Numbered from the stretch's first letter, positions 7,898 to 17,460 are shown. The stretch is DNA of 32,000 nucleotides from Dickeya solani IPO 2222 (GCF_001644705.1 NZ_CP015137.1:4200001-4232000), one strand, 5' to 3'. Program-made: numbers and translations. Notes: generated by a model from the sequence alone, not told the origin.

Positions 7898-9616
7898 TTG
7901 TGTTGTGAGATTCCCGTGCGTTCGACCTTTGACATGTTGCTGGCGGTGTACGACCGTGCGGCATTGATGCTTATCTGCCTGTTTTTCCTGACGCGGACGC
8001 GTCATTTCCGTCAGTTGCTTCAGCAGGACGAGCACTCCCGCTTTGACCTGGCCGTAGTCACCGCCATTTTTTCCCTGTTTGCGCTGTTTAGCACCTGGTC
8101 CGGCATCAATGTGGAAGGCTCGCTGGTGAACGTCAGGGTCGTGGCGGTGATGTCCGGCGGCATCCTGTTTGGGCCGTGGGTCGGCATCACTACGGGGATT
8201 ATCGCCGGTGCTCACCGTTATCTGATTGATATTAATGGTATTACATCGATACCTTGTCTGATCACCAGTATTGTGGCCGGGTTTATGTCCGCCTGGATTC
8301 ACCGGCGCATTCCGCGCGATCGTCACTGGAGCGTGGGCATTGCCGGCGGCATGCTGTGCGAATCGCTGACCATGCTGCTGGTGGTGCTGTGGGCGCGGCC
8401 GTTTTCGCTGGGGCTGGATATCGTCGCCCATATCGCCATTCCGATGATTCTGGGGGCGGTCAGCATTGGTCTGATTGTGTTGCTGGTGCGTAGCGTGGAA
8501 GGGGAAAAGGAAGCGATTGCCGCCCGGCAGGCCAAGCTGGCGCTGGATATCGCCAACAAGACGCTGCCGCTGTTTCGCCACAGCAATAGCCAGTCGCTGA
8601 GTACGGTATGCGATATTATCCGCCGGGACATCGATGCCGATGCGGTGGCGATCACCAACATCTCGCAGGTGCTGGCCTACGTAGGGGTAGGGGAGGAGAA
8701 TTACCACAGCGGCGATCGCGATCTCAGCCCGACGACCCAACTGGCGTTAAAGGGCGGGAAGATCATCATCAAAAATAACGATGAGGCCTATCGCACCCCG
8801 GAAATTCATTCGATGATCGTGATCCCGCTGCGGGAAAAAGGCGAGGTGACCGGCACGCTCAAGATCTATTACCGGCGGGCGCACCGGATTACCTGGTCGC
8901 TGAAAGAGATGGCGATCGGGCTGTCGCAGATCATTTCCACCCAGCTTGAAGTCTCCCGTGCCGAGCAACTGCGCGAGATGGCCAACCGTGCCGAATTGCG
9001 GGCGCTGCAAAGCAAAATTAACCCGCATTTTCTGTTTAATGCGCTTAATGCCATTTCCACCTCTATTCGGCTGAACCCGGATACGGCGCGTCAGCTAATT
9101 ATCAACCTGTCGCGTTATCTGCGTTATAACCTGGAACGCAATGACGAGGAACTGATTGATATAAAAAGCGAACTTTATCAGGTCAAGGATTACATCGCCA
9201 TCGAGCAGGCTCGGTTTGGCGACAAGCTGACGGTGATTTACGACATTGATGAAGAAGTCAGTTGCCATATCCCCAGCCTGTTGATTCAGCCGCTGATTGA
9301 AAACGCGATTGTGCACGGTATCCGGCCTTGTAAAGGCAAGGGCGTGGTGACGCTGAGTATTCAGGAGCAGGGGGATCGTATTCGGGTGGCGGTGCGGGAT
9401 ACTGGCAACGGCATCAGTGATGAGGTGATCGCCCGCGTCGAGCGCAACGAACTGCCGGGCAACAAGATTGGCCTGCTCAATGTGCATCACCGCATCAAAC
9501 TGCTGTATGGTGAGGGGCTGCGGATTCGCCGGCTCAACCCCGGCACGGAAATCGAATTTTTTATCACCCGGGACAACGTCAACCGTTCGGATAGTGTGGT
9601 GGCGTTTCCCTCGTGA
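7898..9616 (+). CDS. ypdA: LytS/YpdA-type sensor histidine kinase (5TM-Lyt membrane domain, GAF-like linker, His_kinase and HATPase domains)
   Basis: The motif [13 protein letters not shown] is the LytS-family H-box. A multi-TM N-terminus and a C-terminal ATPase motif (IENAIVHG...VRDTGNGI) are present. The product is about 560-572 aa. The start is uncertain among TTG 7898, GTG 7916 and ATG 7934. Assignment to YpdA rather than BtsS rests on the adjacent yhjX-like gene and its YpdB-type repeat. Confidence 0.8.
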   Translation: MCCEIPVRSTFDMLLAVYDRAALMLICLFFLTRTRHFRQLLQQDEHSRFDLAVVTAIFSLFALFSTWSGINVEGSLVNVRVVAVMSGGILFGPWVGITTGIIAGAHRYLIDINGITSIPCLITSIVAGFMSAWIHRRIPRDRHWSVGIAGGMLCESLTMLLVVLWARPFSLGLDIVAHIAIPMILGAVSIGLIVLLVRSVEGEKEAIAARQAKLALDIANKTLPLFRHSNSQSLSTVCDIIRRDIDADAVAITNISQVLAYVGVGEENYHSGDRDLSPTTQLALKGGKIIIKNNDEAYRTPEIHSMIVIPLREKGEVTGTLKIYYRRAHRITWSLKEMAIGLSQIISTQLEVSRAEQLREMANRAELRALQSKINPHFLFNALNAISTSIRLNPDTARQLIINLSRYLRYNLERNDEELIDIKSELYQVKDYIAIEQARFGDKLTVIYDIDEEVSCHIPSLLIQPLIENAIVHGIRPCKGKGVVTLSIQEQGDRIRVAVRDTGNGISDEVIARVERNELPGNKIGLLNVHHRIKLLYGEGLRIRRLNPGTEIEFFITRDNVNRSDSVVAFPS

Positions 9617-9641
9617 ACGGGGCTGACGGTAGGAGAACAGC

Positions 9642-10376
9642 GTGAAAGCGATCATTGTCGAAGATGAGTTTCTGGCGCAGCAGGAGCTGAGCTGGCTTGT
9701 CAAACAACACAGTCAGATTGAGGTGGCCGCCGTGTTTGACGATGGCCTCGACGTGCTGAAATACCTGCAGGATAACCGGGTAGATGTGATCTTCCTGGAT
9801 ATCAACATTCCATCGCTGGACGGGGTGATGCTGGCGAAGAACATCAGCCAGTTCGCCCATAAACCCTTGATCGTCTTCATCACCGCTTATAAGAATCATG
9901 CGGTGGAGGCGTTTGAGCTGGAAGCGTTCGACTATATCCTCAAGCCCTACCATGAAACCCGCATTGTCGGTATGCTGCAAAAACTTGAGGCGGCGTGGCA
10001 GCAACAGCAATTGCCTACCCATTCTGGCGGCGACAACCGCCCGGCGCCGATGACCATCAATCTGATTAAAGATAAACGGATTATCGTCACCAATATTCAC
10101 GATATTTATTACGCCGAATCCCACGAAAAGCTGACTTTTGTCTATACCCGGCGTGATGAGTTCGTGATGTCGATGAACATCACCGAGTTTTGCGGTCGGT
10201 TACCGGAAGCCTATTTTTTCCGGTGTCACCGTTCGTACTGCGTCAACCTGAGCAAGATCCGCGAGATCGAGCCCTGGTTCAACAACACCTATATTCTCAA
10301 ACTGAGCGACCTGGATTTTCAGGTGCCGGTCAGCCGCAGCAAAGTGCGGGAATTTCGCCAACTGATGCGGTTGTAG
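9642..10376 (+). CDS. ypdB: LytTR-family response regulator (receiver plus LytTR DNA-binding domain)
   Basis: The 244-aa product has the same length as E. coli YpdB. The GTG start is preceded by an AGGAG SD. The receiver motif VIFLDINIPSLDG is present. The LytTR C-terminus reads YYAES..KLTFVYT...F....ITEF...LP...FFRCHRSY.VNL. Confidence 0.8.
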   Translation: MKAIIVEDEFLAQQELSWLVKQHSQIEVAAVFDDGLDVLKYLQDNRVDVIFLDINIPSLDGVMLAKNISQFAHKPLIVFITAYKNHAVEAFELEAFDYILKPYHETRIVGMLQKLEAAWQQQQLPTHSGGDNRPAPMTINLIKDKRIIVTNIHDIYYAESHEKLTFVYTRRDEFVMSMNITEFCGRLPEAYFFRCHRSYCVNLSKIREIEPWFNNTYILKLSDLDFQVPVSRSKVREFRQLMRL

Positions 10377-10429
10377 CTGTAAATAGGTCCGGCATGAAAT
10401 GTATTCAATGTCATTGATACCGCTCTGGA

Positions 10430-10460
10430 GGCATTTCATTCCCTAATTCATGCCGTTCAT
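10430..10460 (+). promoter_or_regulatory. Putative YpdB-binding direct repeat in the yhjX-like promoter
   Basis: The arrangement is GGCATTTCAT (10430-10439), an 11-bp spacer, then TGCCGTTCAT (10451-10460). As I recall, the reported E. coli YpdB site in PyhjX is a direct repeat of GGCATTTCAT separated by 11 bp. An inverted partial copy, tacatttcat, lies on the minus strand at 10394-10403. A TATACT -10-like hexamer lies at 10494-10499. Confidence 0.6.
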
Positions 10461-10561
10461 GCCCTTATTAACCCCGTGGATTTAGCCCCTCTTTATACTG
10501 GTGCCATTCGGCAGGCTCCGGTCTGCTTTATCTTCACACCAGAAAAATTAAGGGGACCGGC

Positions 10562-11779
10562 ATGAACAGTAAACCGGCAAATCGCGGCGTTATTATTGCA
10601 GGGACTATCCTCGCCCAAATGGGGCTGGGGACCATTTATACCTGGAGTCTTTACAACCAGCCGCTGGTCGACAAATTCGACTGGCCGCTCAGTTCGGTGG
10701 CGACCACTTTTTCTCTCACCAGCTTTTTCCTGGCATTCGCCACGTTGTTTGCCGGGCGTATTCAGGAACGTATCGGTATCCGGAAGCTGACGTTGATCGC
10801 CGGCCTGGTGTTGGGGACGGCGCTGATGGCTGCCTCTATGGTGTCCTCGTTGCCGATGTTGTGGCTGCTGGTAGGCGTGGTGGTTGGGTTTGCCGACGGT
10901 GCAGCGTACATCACCACCTTGTCCAACCTGATTAAATGGTTCCCGAATCGCAAGGGCGTTATTGCCGGAATTTCGGTCGGCGCGTACGGCACCGGCAGTC
11001 TGGTGTTCAAATACATCAACAGCGCGTTGCTGGCGCAGGTCGGCGTGTCCCAGACGTTCTTCTGGTGGGGAGCGATGGCGTTGTTGATGATTACCGGCGG
11101 CGCCATGCTGCTGAAAGACGCGCCGGTACAACCGGCTCAGACAGCGGCCCTCGGCGGCAGCGTTAACTTTACCGTCAGCGAAATGCTGCGCCGTAAAGAA
11201 GCCTGGCTGCTGTTTGTGGTGTTCTTCACCTCCTGTATGAGCGGGCTGTATCTGATCGGCATCGCGAAGGATATCGGCGTGAAAATGGCTGGGCTGGATG
11301 CGGTGACGGCCGCCAGCGTGGTATCGGCGATTGCCATTTGCAACACCGCCGGGCGCCTGATTCTCGGCTATCTGTCTGACAACGTGGGGCGCTTGCGGGT
11401 ACTGAACTTTACGCTGCTGGTGACCGCGCTGTCGGTGACTGTGATGGCTTTCCTACCGTTGAATGCCATGACGTTCTTCCTGTGTACCGGTGCGGTGGCC
11501 TTCTGTTTCGGCGGTAATATCACCGTCTACCCGGCGATTGTGGCTGATTTCTTTGGACTGAAGCACCACAGTAAAAACTACGGGCTGATTTATCAGGGGT
11601 TCGGTCTGGGTCCGTTGGCCGGTTCTTTTATCGCGGCCGCGCTGGGCGGATTCCACAGCACCTTTATCGCCATTGCGCTGCTGTCGGTTGTGTCGCTGGT
11701 GATTACCCTGTTCATCCAGCCGCCGAAAGCGCCGCACGAGCAGGATGCGCCATTGGTCGCACAGGGCAGCCACGCCTGA
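10562..11779 (+). CDS. yhjX: MFS transporter of the oxalate/formate antiporter family, YhjX-like (pyruvate-responsive target of YpdAB in E. coli)
   Basis: The 405-aa product is colinear with E. coli YhjX (402 aa). Shared segments include GT.YTWSL.N, LSN..KWFP.RKG, CMSGLY.IG.AKDI and FGGN.TV.P..V..FFGL...KNYG.IY.GFG. Confidence 0.8.
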   Translation: MNSKPANRGVIIAGTILAQMGLGTIYTWSLYNQPLVDKFDWPLSSVATTFSLTSFFLAFATLFAGRIQERIGIRKLTLIAGLVLGTALMAASMVSSLPMLWLLVGVVVGFADGAAYITTLSNLIKWFPNRKGVIAGISVGAYGTGSLVFKYINSALLAQVGVSQTFFWWGAMALLMITGGAMLLKDAPVQPAQTAALGGSVNFTVSEMLRRKEAWLLFVVFFTSCMSGLYLIGIAKDIGVKMAGLDAVTAASVVSAIAICNTAGRLILGYLSDNVGRLRVLNFTLLVTALSVTVMAFLPLNAMTFFLCTGAVAFCFGGNITVYPAIVADFFGLKHHSKNYGLIYQGFGLGPLAGSFIAAALGGFHSTFIAIALLSVVSLVITLFIQPPKAPHEQDAPLVAQGSHA

Positions 11780-11804
11780 TAAGACTCACTCTCTTCGTGT
11801 AGCC

Positions 11805-11840
11805 AAACGCCACCGCCATCATGCGGTGGCGTTTTTTTTT
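11805..11840 (+). terminator. Rho-independent terminator of the yhjX-like gene
   Basis: The 10-bp stem is acgccaccgc (11807-11816) paired with gcggtggcgt (11823-11832), with loop catcat, followed by nine T residues. Confidence 0.85.
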
Positions 11841-11905
11841 GGAGGAAGGGATATGGCAAGGGAGGACATGGAGTACTGGCGAGATAATGGGAAGGTGCCG
11901 ATGAG

Positions 11906-11940
11906 AAAAACAAAAACGCCGCAACAGGTGCGGCGTTTTT
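11906..11940 (-). terminator. Rho-independent terminator of rplY (bidirectional in shape)
   Basis: The stem is aacgccgca (11915-11923) paired with tgcggcgtt (11929-11937). T-runs follow on both strands. It lies 30 nt downstream of the rplY stop. Confidence 0.8.
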
Positions 11941-11969
11941 GCTGGCTCGTCGAAGGCGTCGTTGCGTGA

Positions 11970-12257
11970 TTAAATGCGAACGAAGTCAATGTGAGTCAAT
12001 TTCGGCTTGAACGGGTGACGCTGAACAGCCTGGATTTTTACTTTGGTTTCTTTGCCATCGACGACCAGGGCGATTTCACCGTACAGACTTTCGCTGTTAC
12101 GATCTTCCAGGTTCTTAATGATATCGTGGTCCAGTTCGATGGAAACCGGTGCTTCGCTGCCGCCGTAAACGATGGCGGGGAATTTACCGGTAGTGCGCAG
12201 GCGGCGGCTCGCACCCTTACCCTGCTCTTTACGTACTTCTGCGTTGATAGTAATCAT
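11970..12257 (-). CDS. rplY: 50S ribosomal protein L25
   Basis: The 95-aa sequence [20 protein letters not shown]...KFPAI.YGG...P..IELDHD...VQRHP.KPKL.HIDFVR matches E. coli L25. Confidence 0.95.
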   Translation of the reverse strand: MITINAEVRKEQGKGASRRLRTTGKFPAIVYGGSEAPVSIELDHDIIKNLEDRNSESLYGEIALVVDGKETKVKIQAVQRHPFKPKLTHIDFVRI

Positions 12258-12311
12258 TGCTTTCTCTACTTGATAAAATGAACCCGTTACAGGCGACCCA
12301 GCAACAGGCGG

Positions 12312-12343
12312 GATAACTCTACTTGTTGATAACTCTGCTTGTT
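12312..12343. repeat. Tandem 16-bp direct repeat upstream of rplY
   Basis: The units are gataactctacttgtt (12312-12327) and gataactctgcttgtt (12328-12343), identical at 15 of 16 positions. The 9-mer ctctacttg recurs at 12264-12272, next to the rplY start codon. Confidence 0.8.
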
Positions 12344-12429
12344 ATTCGAATAACGATGTTGTTATTACCAATAAAAGCGGGCCAGATTTTAGCGGAATAT
12401 GGCGGCGCGGGCAAATAAAACCGCTACGG

Positions 12430-14205
12430 CTAGCCGCGCAGTTCATGGGCGCGGCGATAGCGGCCCTGATAATCGAAGATCTTTTCCCGTACCTGCCAGA
12501 ATTTGCCCTGTAAACGGGCCACCACGAAATCCGGCGCGCGCAGCAGCGCCTGCTGCGCCACCACATCGTCAGCATGCTGCCAGTGGAAGGGCACGCCGGG
12601 CGCGCGCTGATGCGCCCGCAGAAACACATGCGTAAAGGCGTTGCGCTGAGCGGCGGTGTGCAGCCGGAAACGTTCGCTGACGTCGGCGCCGTCTTCGTCG
12701 TAGTAGGTGATGCGCAGCCATTCGCCTTTGGCGTCGGCGCCGTGTTGCAGGTTCATGCCGCTGCAGCGCAGCACCAGTGCATCTTTCAGTTTTAGCGCCG
12801 CTTTCAACATGTCGTCCGGATCGACCAGCACCGCTTCGCACGTCTGACAGCGTCGGGCGGCAATGTCGTTTTCGGCGCCGCAATGCGGGCAGCTTTTGAA
12901 GCGGAAACGGTAATCGCATTGTTGCCGCCGCCCTTGTTCGTCCGCCTGCCAGCCCTGGCAACGACGACCATAATGCTCAATCACCGTGCCATCGTCGGTG
13001 CATTTTCCCCAGAACAGGTTGGCGAAGCTGCACTGCGGGCAGAACACCTGCACCGGCTGGCTGTCGCTGTGCGGTTTGCTGTGGCCGACTTCGGGCGTGT
13101 AAAGATCAAACGGATTACCGGCGTAGTCGAGAATCAGGCAGTCGGTTTTGCCGGGAAACAGGCGCAGGCCGCGGCCGATGATTTGCTGGTAGAGGCTGAC
13201 GGATTCCGTCGGGCGCAAAATGGCGATCACATCGACGTGCGGCGCATCGAAACCGGTGGTCAGCACCGACACGTTAACCAGATAGCGCAACTGTTGCTGC
13301 TTGAAGGCGGCGATCAGCGCATCCCGCTGCGGTGCCGGCGTTTCGCCGCTGATCAACGCCGCTTCGCCGGTCGGCAGCAGCCCTTCGACTTCCCGCGCGT
13401 GTTCGACCGTGGCGGCGAAAATCATCACGCCGCGTCGGTTAGCGGCGTACTCGGTAATCTGGCGGACAATTTGTGGCGTGACTCGCTGCTGACGCTTCAA
13501 CTCGCGGTTCAGCTCCACATCACTGAACAGTCCATTGCTGAACAACCCATTGCTGCGCGCCGCCAGTTGGCTAAAGTCGTACTGCACTACCGGCATGTCC
13601 AGCCGCTCCGGCGGCACCAGAAAACCGTGCCGAATCATGTAGCGCAGCGGCAGCTCGTAGATGCAGTCGCGAAACAGGCAGCTATCGTCGCCGCGGATCA
13701 TGCCGTGATAGTGGTACTGATAGATCCAGCCCCGGCCGAGGCGATAAGGGGTGGCGGTCAATCCCAGCAGTCGCAACTGGGGATTGGCCCGCTGTAAATG
13801 CTGGATGATTTGCTGGTACTGACTGTCTTCATCGTCGCTAATCCGGTGACATTCATCGACGATCAGCAACGAGAAAGCGTCATCAAATTTGTCGGGGTGC
13901 CGCGCCACCGACTGCACGCTGCCAAACACCACCTTGCCGTCGCTGTCGCGCTGGTTAAGCCCGGCGGCGAAAATGTCCGCCTGTAGCCCCAGCGCGCAAT
14001 ATTTGGCGTGATTCTGCTCCACCAGTTCCCTGACGTGCGCCAGCACCAATACCCGGCCGCGCGCCAGCCGCGCCAGCTCGGCGATCACCAGGCTTTTGCC
14101 GGCGCCGGTGGGTAAAACGATCACCGCCGGAGCGGTGTGCTGGCGAAAATAGGCAAGGGTGGCGTCAACCGCTTCTTGCTGGTATGGGCGCAGTGTAAAT
14201 GACAT
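12430..14205 (-). CDS. radD: Superfamily-2 DNA repair helicase RadD (YejH)
   Basis: The 591-aa product is colinear with E. coli YejH. Shared segments include [45 protein letters not shown], the DECH box and a C-terminal Cys4 zinc-finger region (CPQC...CPHC). Synteny with rplY and rsuA supports the call. Confidence 0.92.
   Translation of the reverse strand: MSFTLRPYQQEAVDATLAYFRQHTAPAVIVLPTGAGKSLVIAELARLARGRVLVLAHVRELVEQNHAKYCALGLQADIFAAGLNQRDSDGKVVFGSVQSVARHPDKFDDAFSLLIVDECHRISDDEDSQYQQIIQHLQRANPQLRLLGLTATPYRLGRGWIYQYHYHGMIRGDDSCLFRDCIYELPLRYMIRHGFLVPPERLDMPVVQYDFSQLAARSNGLFSNGLFSDVELNRELKRQQRVTPQIVRQITEYAANRRGVMIFAATVEHAREVEGLLPTGEAALISGETPAPQRDALIAAFKQQQLRYLVNVSVLTTGFDAPHVDVIAILRPTESVSLYQQIIGRGLRLFPGKTDCLILDYAGNPFDLYTPEVGHSKPHSDSQPVQVFCPQCSFANLFWGKCTDDGTVIEHYGRRCQGWQADEQGRRQQCDYRFRFKSCPHCGAENDIAARRCQTCEAVLVDPDDMLKAALKLKDALVLRCSGMNLQHGADAKGEWLRITYYDEDGADVSERFRLHTAAQRNAFTHVFLRAHQRAPGVPFHWQHADDVVAQQALLRAPDFVVARLQGKFWQVREKIFDYQGRYRRAHELRG
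13523..13552. repeat. In-frame 15-bp tandem duplication inside radD
   Basis: The copies are ctgaacagtccattg (13523-13537) and ctgaacaacccattg (13538-13552), identical at 13 of 15 positions. They encode [11 protein letters not shown], whereas E. coli YejH has a single SNGLFS as I recall. Confidence 0.7.
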
Positions 14206-14444
14206 CAGTGGCGGCAGATTTTGCTTTCATGGGTGGTAAACCCGTTATCTTGCGGAATGAATTTGCCTTTGTCAGCCAGAAATTGCACCAGCCCGGCGGC
14301 GGTCATGTCGGCGGCGGAGCAGGTGTGAAAGCGGGCATCGCCGCCGAAACGCGCCTCAATGGCGGCAATCAGTTCATCGGTGGTAAAGGATCTGTTGGCG
14401 GCCACCATCATATGTAATACTTCATGACCGTGAATCGATGACAT
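14205..14444 (-). CDS. DUF2492 / YecH-like small putative metal-binding protein
   Basis: ATG 14444 is preceded by AGGAG with a 7-nt spacer, so the ORF-track extension to 14486 is unlikely. The 79-aa product is [13 protein letters not shown]...RFHTCSA..MTA..LV.FL..KGKFIP...GF....SKICRH. It has the conserved His/Cys pattern of the DUF2492 'probable metal-binding' family, to which E. coli YecH belongs as I recall. Its TGA overlaps the radD ATG by 1 nt (TGATG). Confidence 0.6.
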   Translation of the reverse strand: MSSIHGHEVLHMMVAANRSFTTDELIAAIEARFGGDARFHTCSAADMTAAGLVQFLADKGKFIPQDNGFTTHESKICRH

Positions 14445-14709
14445 AATAGGGCTCCTGATAATTATCGGGCGATGAAATGCCGCCAATACGGCAAAACGTC
14501 GCGGTATACTCTCCCTTTTCTGCTCAATGACGGGCAGGGCAGCAGAGCAGTGAAGAACAGAAAGTTGCTTTTATTATGCTTTTTTTAAACGGCGCAGAAG
14601 GGCGGTTTACATCAATATCCGGTGTGAAAGCCGGCGCCTTTTCCTATCAGGTGGCGGTCAGCGCCATGCCTGACCGGCAATTCGTGACGACCATAGGCAG
14701 TATTCATTA

Positions 14710-15408
14710 ATGCGATTGGATAAATTTCTTTCCCAACAGTTGGGGATCAGCCGTGCGCTGGTAGCGCGCGAACTGCACGCGCAGCGTGTGACGGTAAACG
14801 GTGATGTGGTAAAAAGCGGTGCGTTCAAGCTGCTGCCGGACCATGAGGTGATGTTCGACGGTAATGTGCTCAAACAGCAGCACGGGCCGCGTTATTTCAT
14901 GCTGAATAAGCCGCAGGGATATGTGTGTTCAACCGACGATCCCGATCACCCGACGATTTTGTATTTTATCGATGAACCGGTGGCGCACAAGCTGCATGCC
15001 GCTGGCCGGCTGGATATCGACACCAGCGGTCTGGTGCTGCTGACCGACGACGGCCAGTGGTCGCACCGCATTACCTCGCCGAAGCACCATTGCGAAAAAA
15101 CCTATCTGGTGACGCTGGAACAACCGCTGGCGCCGGATACTGCGGAGAACTTTCAGACTGGCGTGCAATTACACGGCGAGAAGAATCTGACGCGCCCGGC
15201 AACGCTGGAGCAGATTTCTGAGCACCAGGTGCGGTTGACCATCAGCGAAGGTCGCTATCATCAGGTAAAACGCATGTTTGCCGCGGTTGGCAACCATGTA
15301 GTGGCGTTGCATCGTGAACGCATCGGCGCCATTACGCTGGATGACGCGCTGGAGCCCGGCGAATATCGCCCGCTGACGCCGGAAGAGGTAGTCGGCATCG
15401 GGCAATAG
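14710..15408 (+). CDS. rsuA: 16S rRNA pseudouridine(516) synthase RsuA
   Basis: The 232-aa product has an S4 domain (MRLDKF...) and the catalytic motif [20 protein letters not shown]. The segment [19 protein letters not shown] is also present. Synteny with bcr and radD supports the call. Confidence 0.92.
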   Translation: MRLDKFLSQQLGISRALVARELHAQRVTVNGDVVKSGAFKLLPDHEVMFDGNVLKQQHGPRYFMLNKPQGYVCSTDDPDHPTILYFIDEPVAHKLHAAGRLDIDTSGLVLLTDDGQWSHRITSPKHHCEKTYLVTLEQPLAPDTAENFQTGVQLHGEKNLTRPATLEQISEHQVRLTISEGRYHQVKRMFAAVGNHVVALHRERIGAITLDDALEPGEYRPLTPEEVVGIGQ

Positions 15409-15507
15409 CCGAAAGACCGTCGGCCATCGTCTTATTATCTGTTAAGTCCCTGTATCCGCCGCCGTTGGGTGGCGGGAAACCGTCGTCTACCTGGAGAATC
15501 GTTTTTC

Positions 15508-16689
15508 GTGCAACCACAATCATCCTCGCGCGTCGGTCTGATTTTTATTCTGGGGTTGATATCGATGCTGATGCCAATCGCCATCGATATGTATTTACCG
15601 GCGCTGCCGGTGATCGCAAAAGAATTTTCGGTCGATCCGGGTCGGGTGCAGATGACCCTCAGCTCGTATGTGCTCGGTTTCGCCATCGGCCAGATTTTCT
15701 ATGGCCCGATGTCGGACAGTATCGGCCGTAAGCCGGTGATTCTGGGGGGCGTGCTGATTTTTACTCTGGCCGCCGCCGCCTGTGCGCTGTCGCAAACGGT
15801 CGATCAACTGATTCATATGCGCTTCCTGCACGGCTTGTCGGCCGCGTCGGCCAGCGTGGTGATCAACGCGCTGATGCGGGATATGTTCTCGAAAGATGAA
15901 TTCTCGCGCATGATGTCGTTTGTGATTCTGGTGATGACGGTGGCGCCGCTGCTGGCGCCGATCATCGGCGGCGCGCTGTTGTTCTGGCTTAGCTGGCACG
16001 CCATCTTTTGGACTATCGCCGCCGCGTCGCTGGTGGCGACGGTGCTGGTATGGGTGTTTATCCATGAAACCTTGCCGGCGGAACGGCGACAGCGTTTCCA
16101 TTTGCGTACCACGCTGGGGAACTTTTTCCAGTTGGTCCGTCACCGCCGCGTTTTCAGTTATATGTTTGCCAGCGGCCTGTCGTTTTCCGGCATGTTTGCC
16201 TTTCTGAGCGCCGGGCCGTTTGTTTACATCGATCTTAACGGTGTGTCGCCCCAGCACTTTGGTTACTACTTTGCGCTGAATATCGTGTTCCTGTTTTTGA
16301 TGACGCTGCTCAACAGCCGTATTGTGTCGCGGATGGGGGCGATGTTCATGTTCCGGCTGGGGTTGATTATCCAGTTCGTGATGGGGATATGGCTGGTGGT
16401 AGTCAGTAGTTTCCATTTAGGGTTTATTCCGCTGGTGGTTGGCGTCGCGGTATTCGTAGGCTGTGTCGCTACGGTGGCGTCCAACGCCATGGCGGTGATT
16501 CTCGATGATTTCCCCCATATGGCCGGAACGGCGTCTTCGCTGGCCGGCACCATGCGCTTCGGGCTAGGGTCGCTGGTGGGGTCGTTATTGTCGCTGGCAA
16601 CGTTCCAGAGCGTGTGGCCAATGGTGGGTGCTATGGCGTTCTGCTCGACAGGCGCGTTCGGCTTATTTCTGTACGCCAGTCGGCGTTAG
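15508..16689 (+). CDS. bcr: MFS multidrug efflux transporter Bcr (bicyclomycin/sulfonamide resistance family)
   Basis: The product is colinear with E. coli Bcr. Shared segments include [36 protein letters not shown] and [17 protein letters not shown] prefer GTG 15508 (product [24 protein letters not shown] at 15493-15497) to the ORF-track GTG 15469. Confidence 0.88.
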   Translation: MQPQSSSRVGLIFILGLISMLMPIAIDMYLPALPVIAKEFSVDPGRVQMTLSSYVLGFAIGQIFYGPMSDSIGRKPVILGGVLIFTLAAAACALSQTVDQLIHMRFLHGLSAASASVVINALMRDMFSKDEFSRMMSFVILVMTVAPLLAPIIGGALLFWLSWHAIFWTIAAASLVATVLVWVFIHETLPAERRQRFHLRTTLGNFFQLVRHRRVFSYMFASGLSFSGMFAFLSAGPFVYIDLNGVSPQHFGYYFALNIVFLFLMTLLNSRIVSRMGAMFMFRLGLIIQFVMGIWLVVVSSFHLGFIPLVVGVAVFVGCVATVASNAMAVILDDFPHMAGTASSLAGTMRFGLGSLVGSLLSLATFQSVWPMVGAMAFCSTGAFGLFLYASRR

Positions 16690-16997
16690 GCACCGCTTCC
16701 GTTCCTCTCTTTCTTGCTTCTGCCGCCGGCGACCCGCCGGCAGTGCTCCCTCCCGTCGCCCTTGAATGTGAAAATATTGAATCAAAAGTGAACGAATTGA
16801 AGAAATTGGTTGAGATATCTGGAATAAAAGGTTACATATAGCGCAAAACCAGTCAAAATCGTGATCTTGTTAACGTTTTGAACGGTTACCAATCTGAGCG
16901 CCATGCTTCTGGGACGGCCTCACCATGAAAATATGTTGCTTTTTTGTATCCGAATAGTGGTAAACAAAGGTGCGGAGCAAAAAAGTTTGCCGATTTA

Positions 16998-17006
16998 TGT
17001 TATAAT
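16998..17006 (+). promoter_or_regulatory. Candidate extended -10 promoter element for yejG
   Basis: TGTTATAAT fits TGnTATAAT perfectly and lies 40 nt upstream of the yejG start, in an AT-rich tract. No good -35 element is present. Confidence 0.4.
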
Positions 17007-17045
17007 TTTGTGAATTTTAAAGCAGCTTAGCTGAGGAAGACCGCT

Positions 17046-17390
17046 GTGAATACTCTCCAACTTTCGGTGGTTCATCGCTTGCCGCAAAGTTACCGCTGGT
17101 TATCCGGTTTTACTGGCGTCAAAGTTGAACCGATTCCGCTTTGCAGCATGGATGATGACAGTCACCTGATCGGTTTTAAACTGCTCAGCCACGACGGCGA
17201 AGAGGCTCGCCAGATCATGCGTCACCTCAACCAGTCACTGGATGATATCCAGCTACAATGTGCGATAGTGGAGTGGGAAGGCGAGCCATGCTTGTTCCTG
17301 CATCGTCAGGACGAAAGCGCCGCCATGTGCCGCCTGAAAGACGTCGGCGTGGCGATCGCCGAATCCGTCTGCGCCCAATACCCTTTCTGA
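17046..17390 (+). CDS. yejG: YejG family protein of unknown function
   Basis: The 114-aa product has a GTG start. The sequence LQLS.VHRLPQ.YRW..GF.G.KVEPIP...CLF..RQDE.AA.CRLK..GVAIAE matches E. coli YejG, and the gene keeps its position between bcr and yejF. Confidence 0.85.
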   Translation: MNTLQLSVVHRLPQSYRWLSGFTGVKVEPIPLCSMDDDSHLIGFKLLSHDGEEARQIMRHLNQSLDDIQLQCAIVEWEGEPCLFLHRQDESAAMCRLKDVGVAIAESVCAQYPF

Positions 17391-17393
17391 AGT

Positions 17394-17417
17394 AGCAGCA
17401 TCGGTAGCGATGCTGCT
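17394..17417. terminator. Perfect 10-bp hairpin between the convergent yejG and yejF genes
   Basis: The stem is agcagcatcg paired with cgatgctgct, with loop gtag. No U-tract follows on either strand. It may be a bidirectional stop or an RNA-stability element. Confidence 0.4.
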
Positions 17418-17460
17418 GTAACGCCTTTACCCCCATGCTTTCCTGAACAGGGCCGGATAT

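Noticed and set aside
6819-8740. 306-aa (6819-7739) and 287-aa (7877-8740) minus-strand ORFs opposite yejK and the sensor kinase
   Set aside because: These are antisense shadow ORFs with biased composition. The sense-strand genes are strongly supported.
12883-13797. 304-aa plus-strand ORF inside radD, together with the smaller overlapping ORFs at 12399-12961
   Set aside because: It is antisense to a well-supported helicase gene and has no motifs.
15595-16416. 273-aa minus-strand ORF inside bcr
   Set aside because: It is an antisense shadow with an Arg/His/Gln-rich product.
16991-17016. ATGTTATAAT considered as a Zur-box half upstream of yejG
   Set aside because: Only the left half matches the Zur consensus and the right half does not. 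It is better explained as an extended -10 element.
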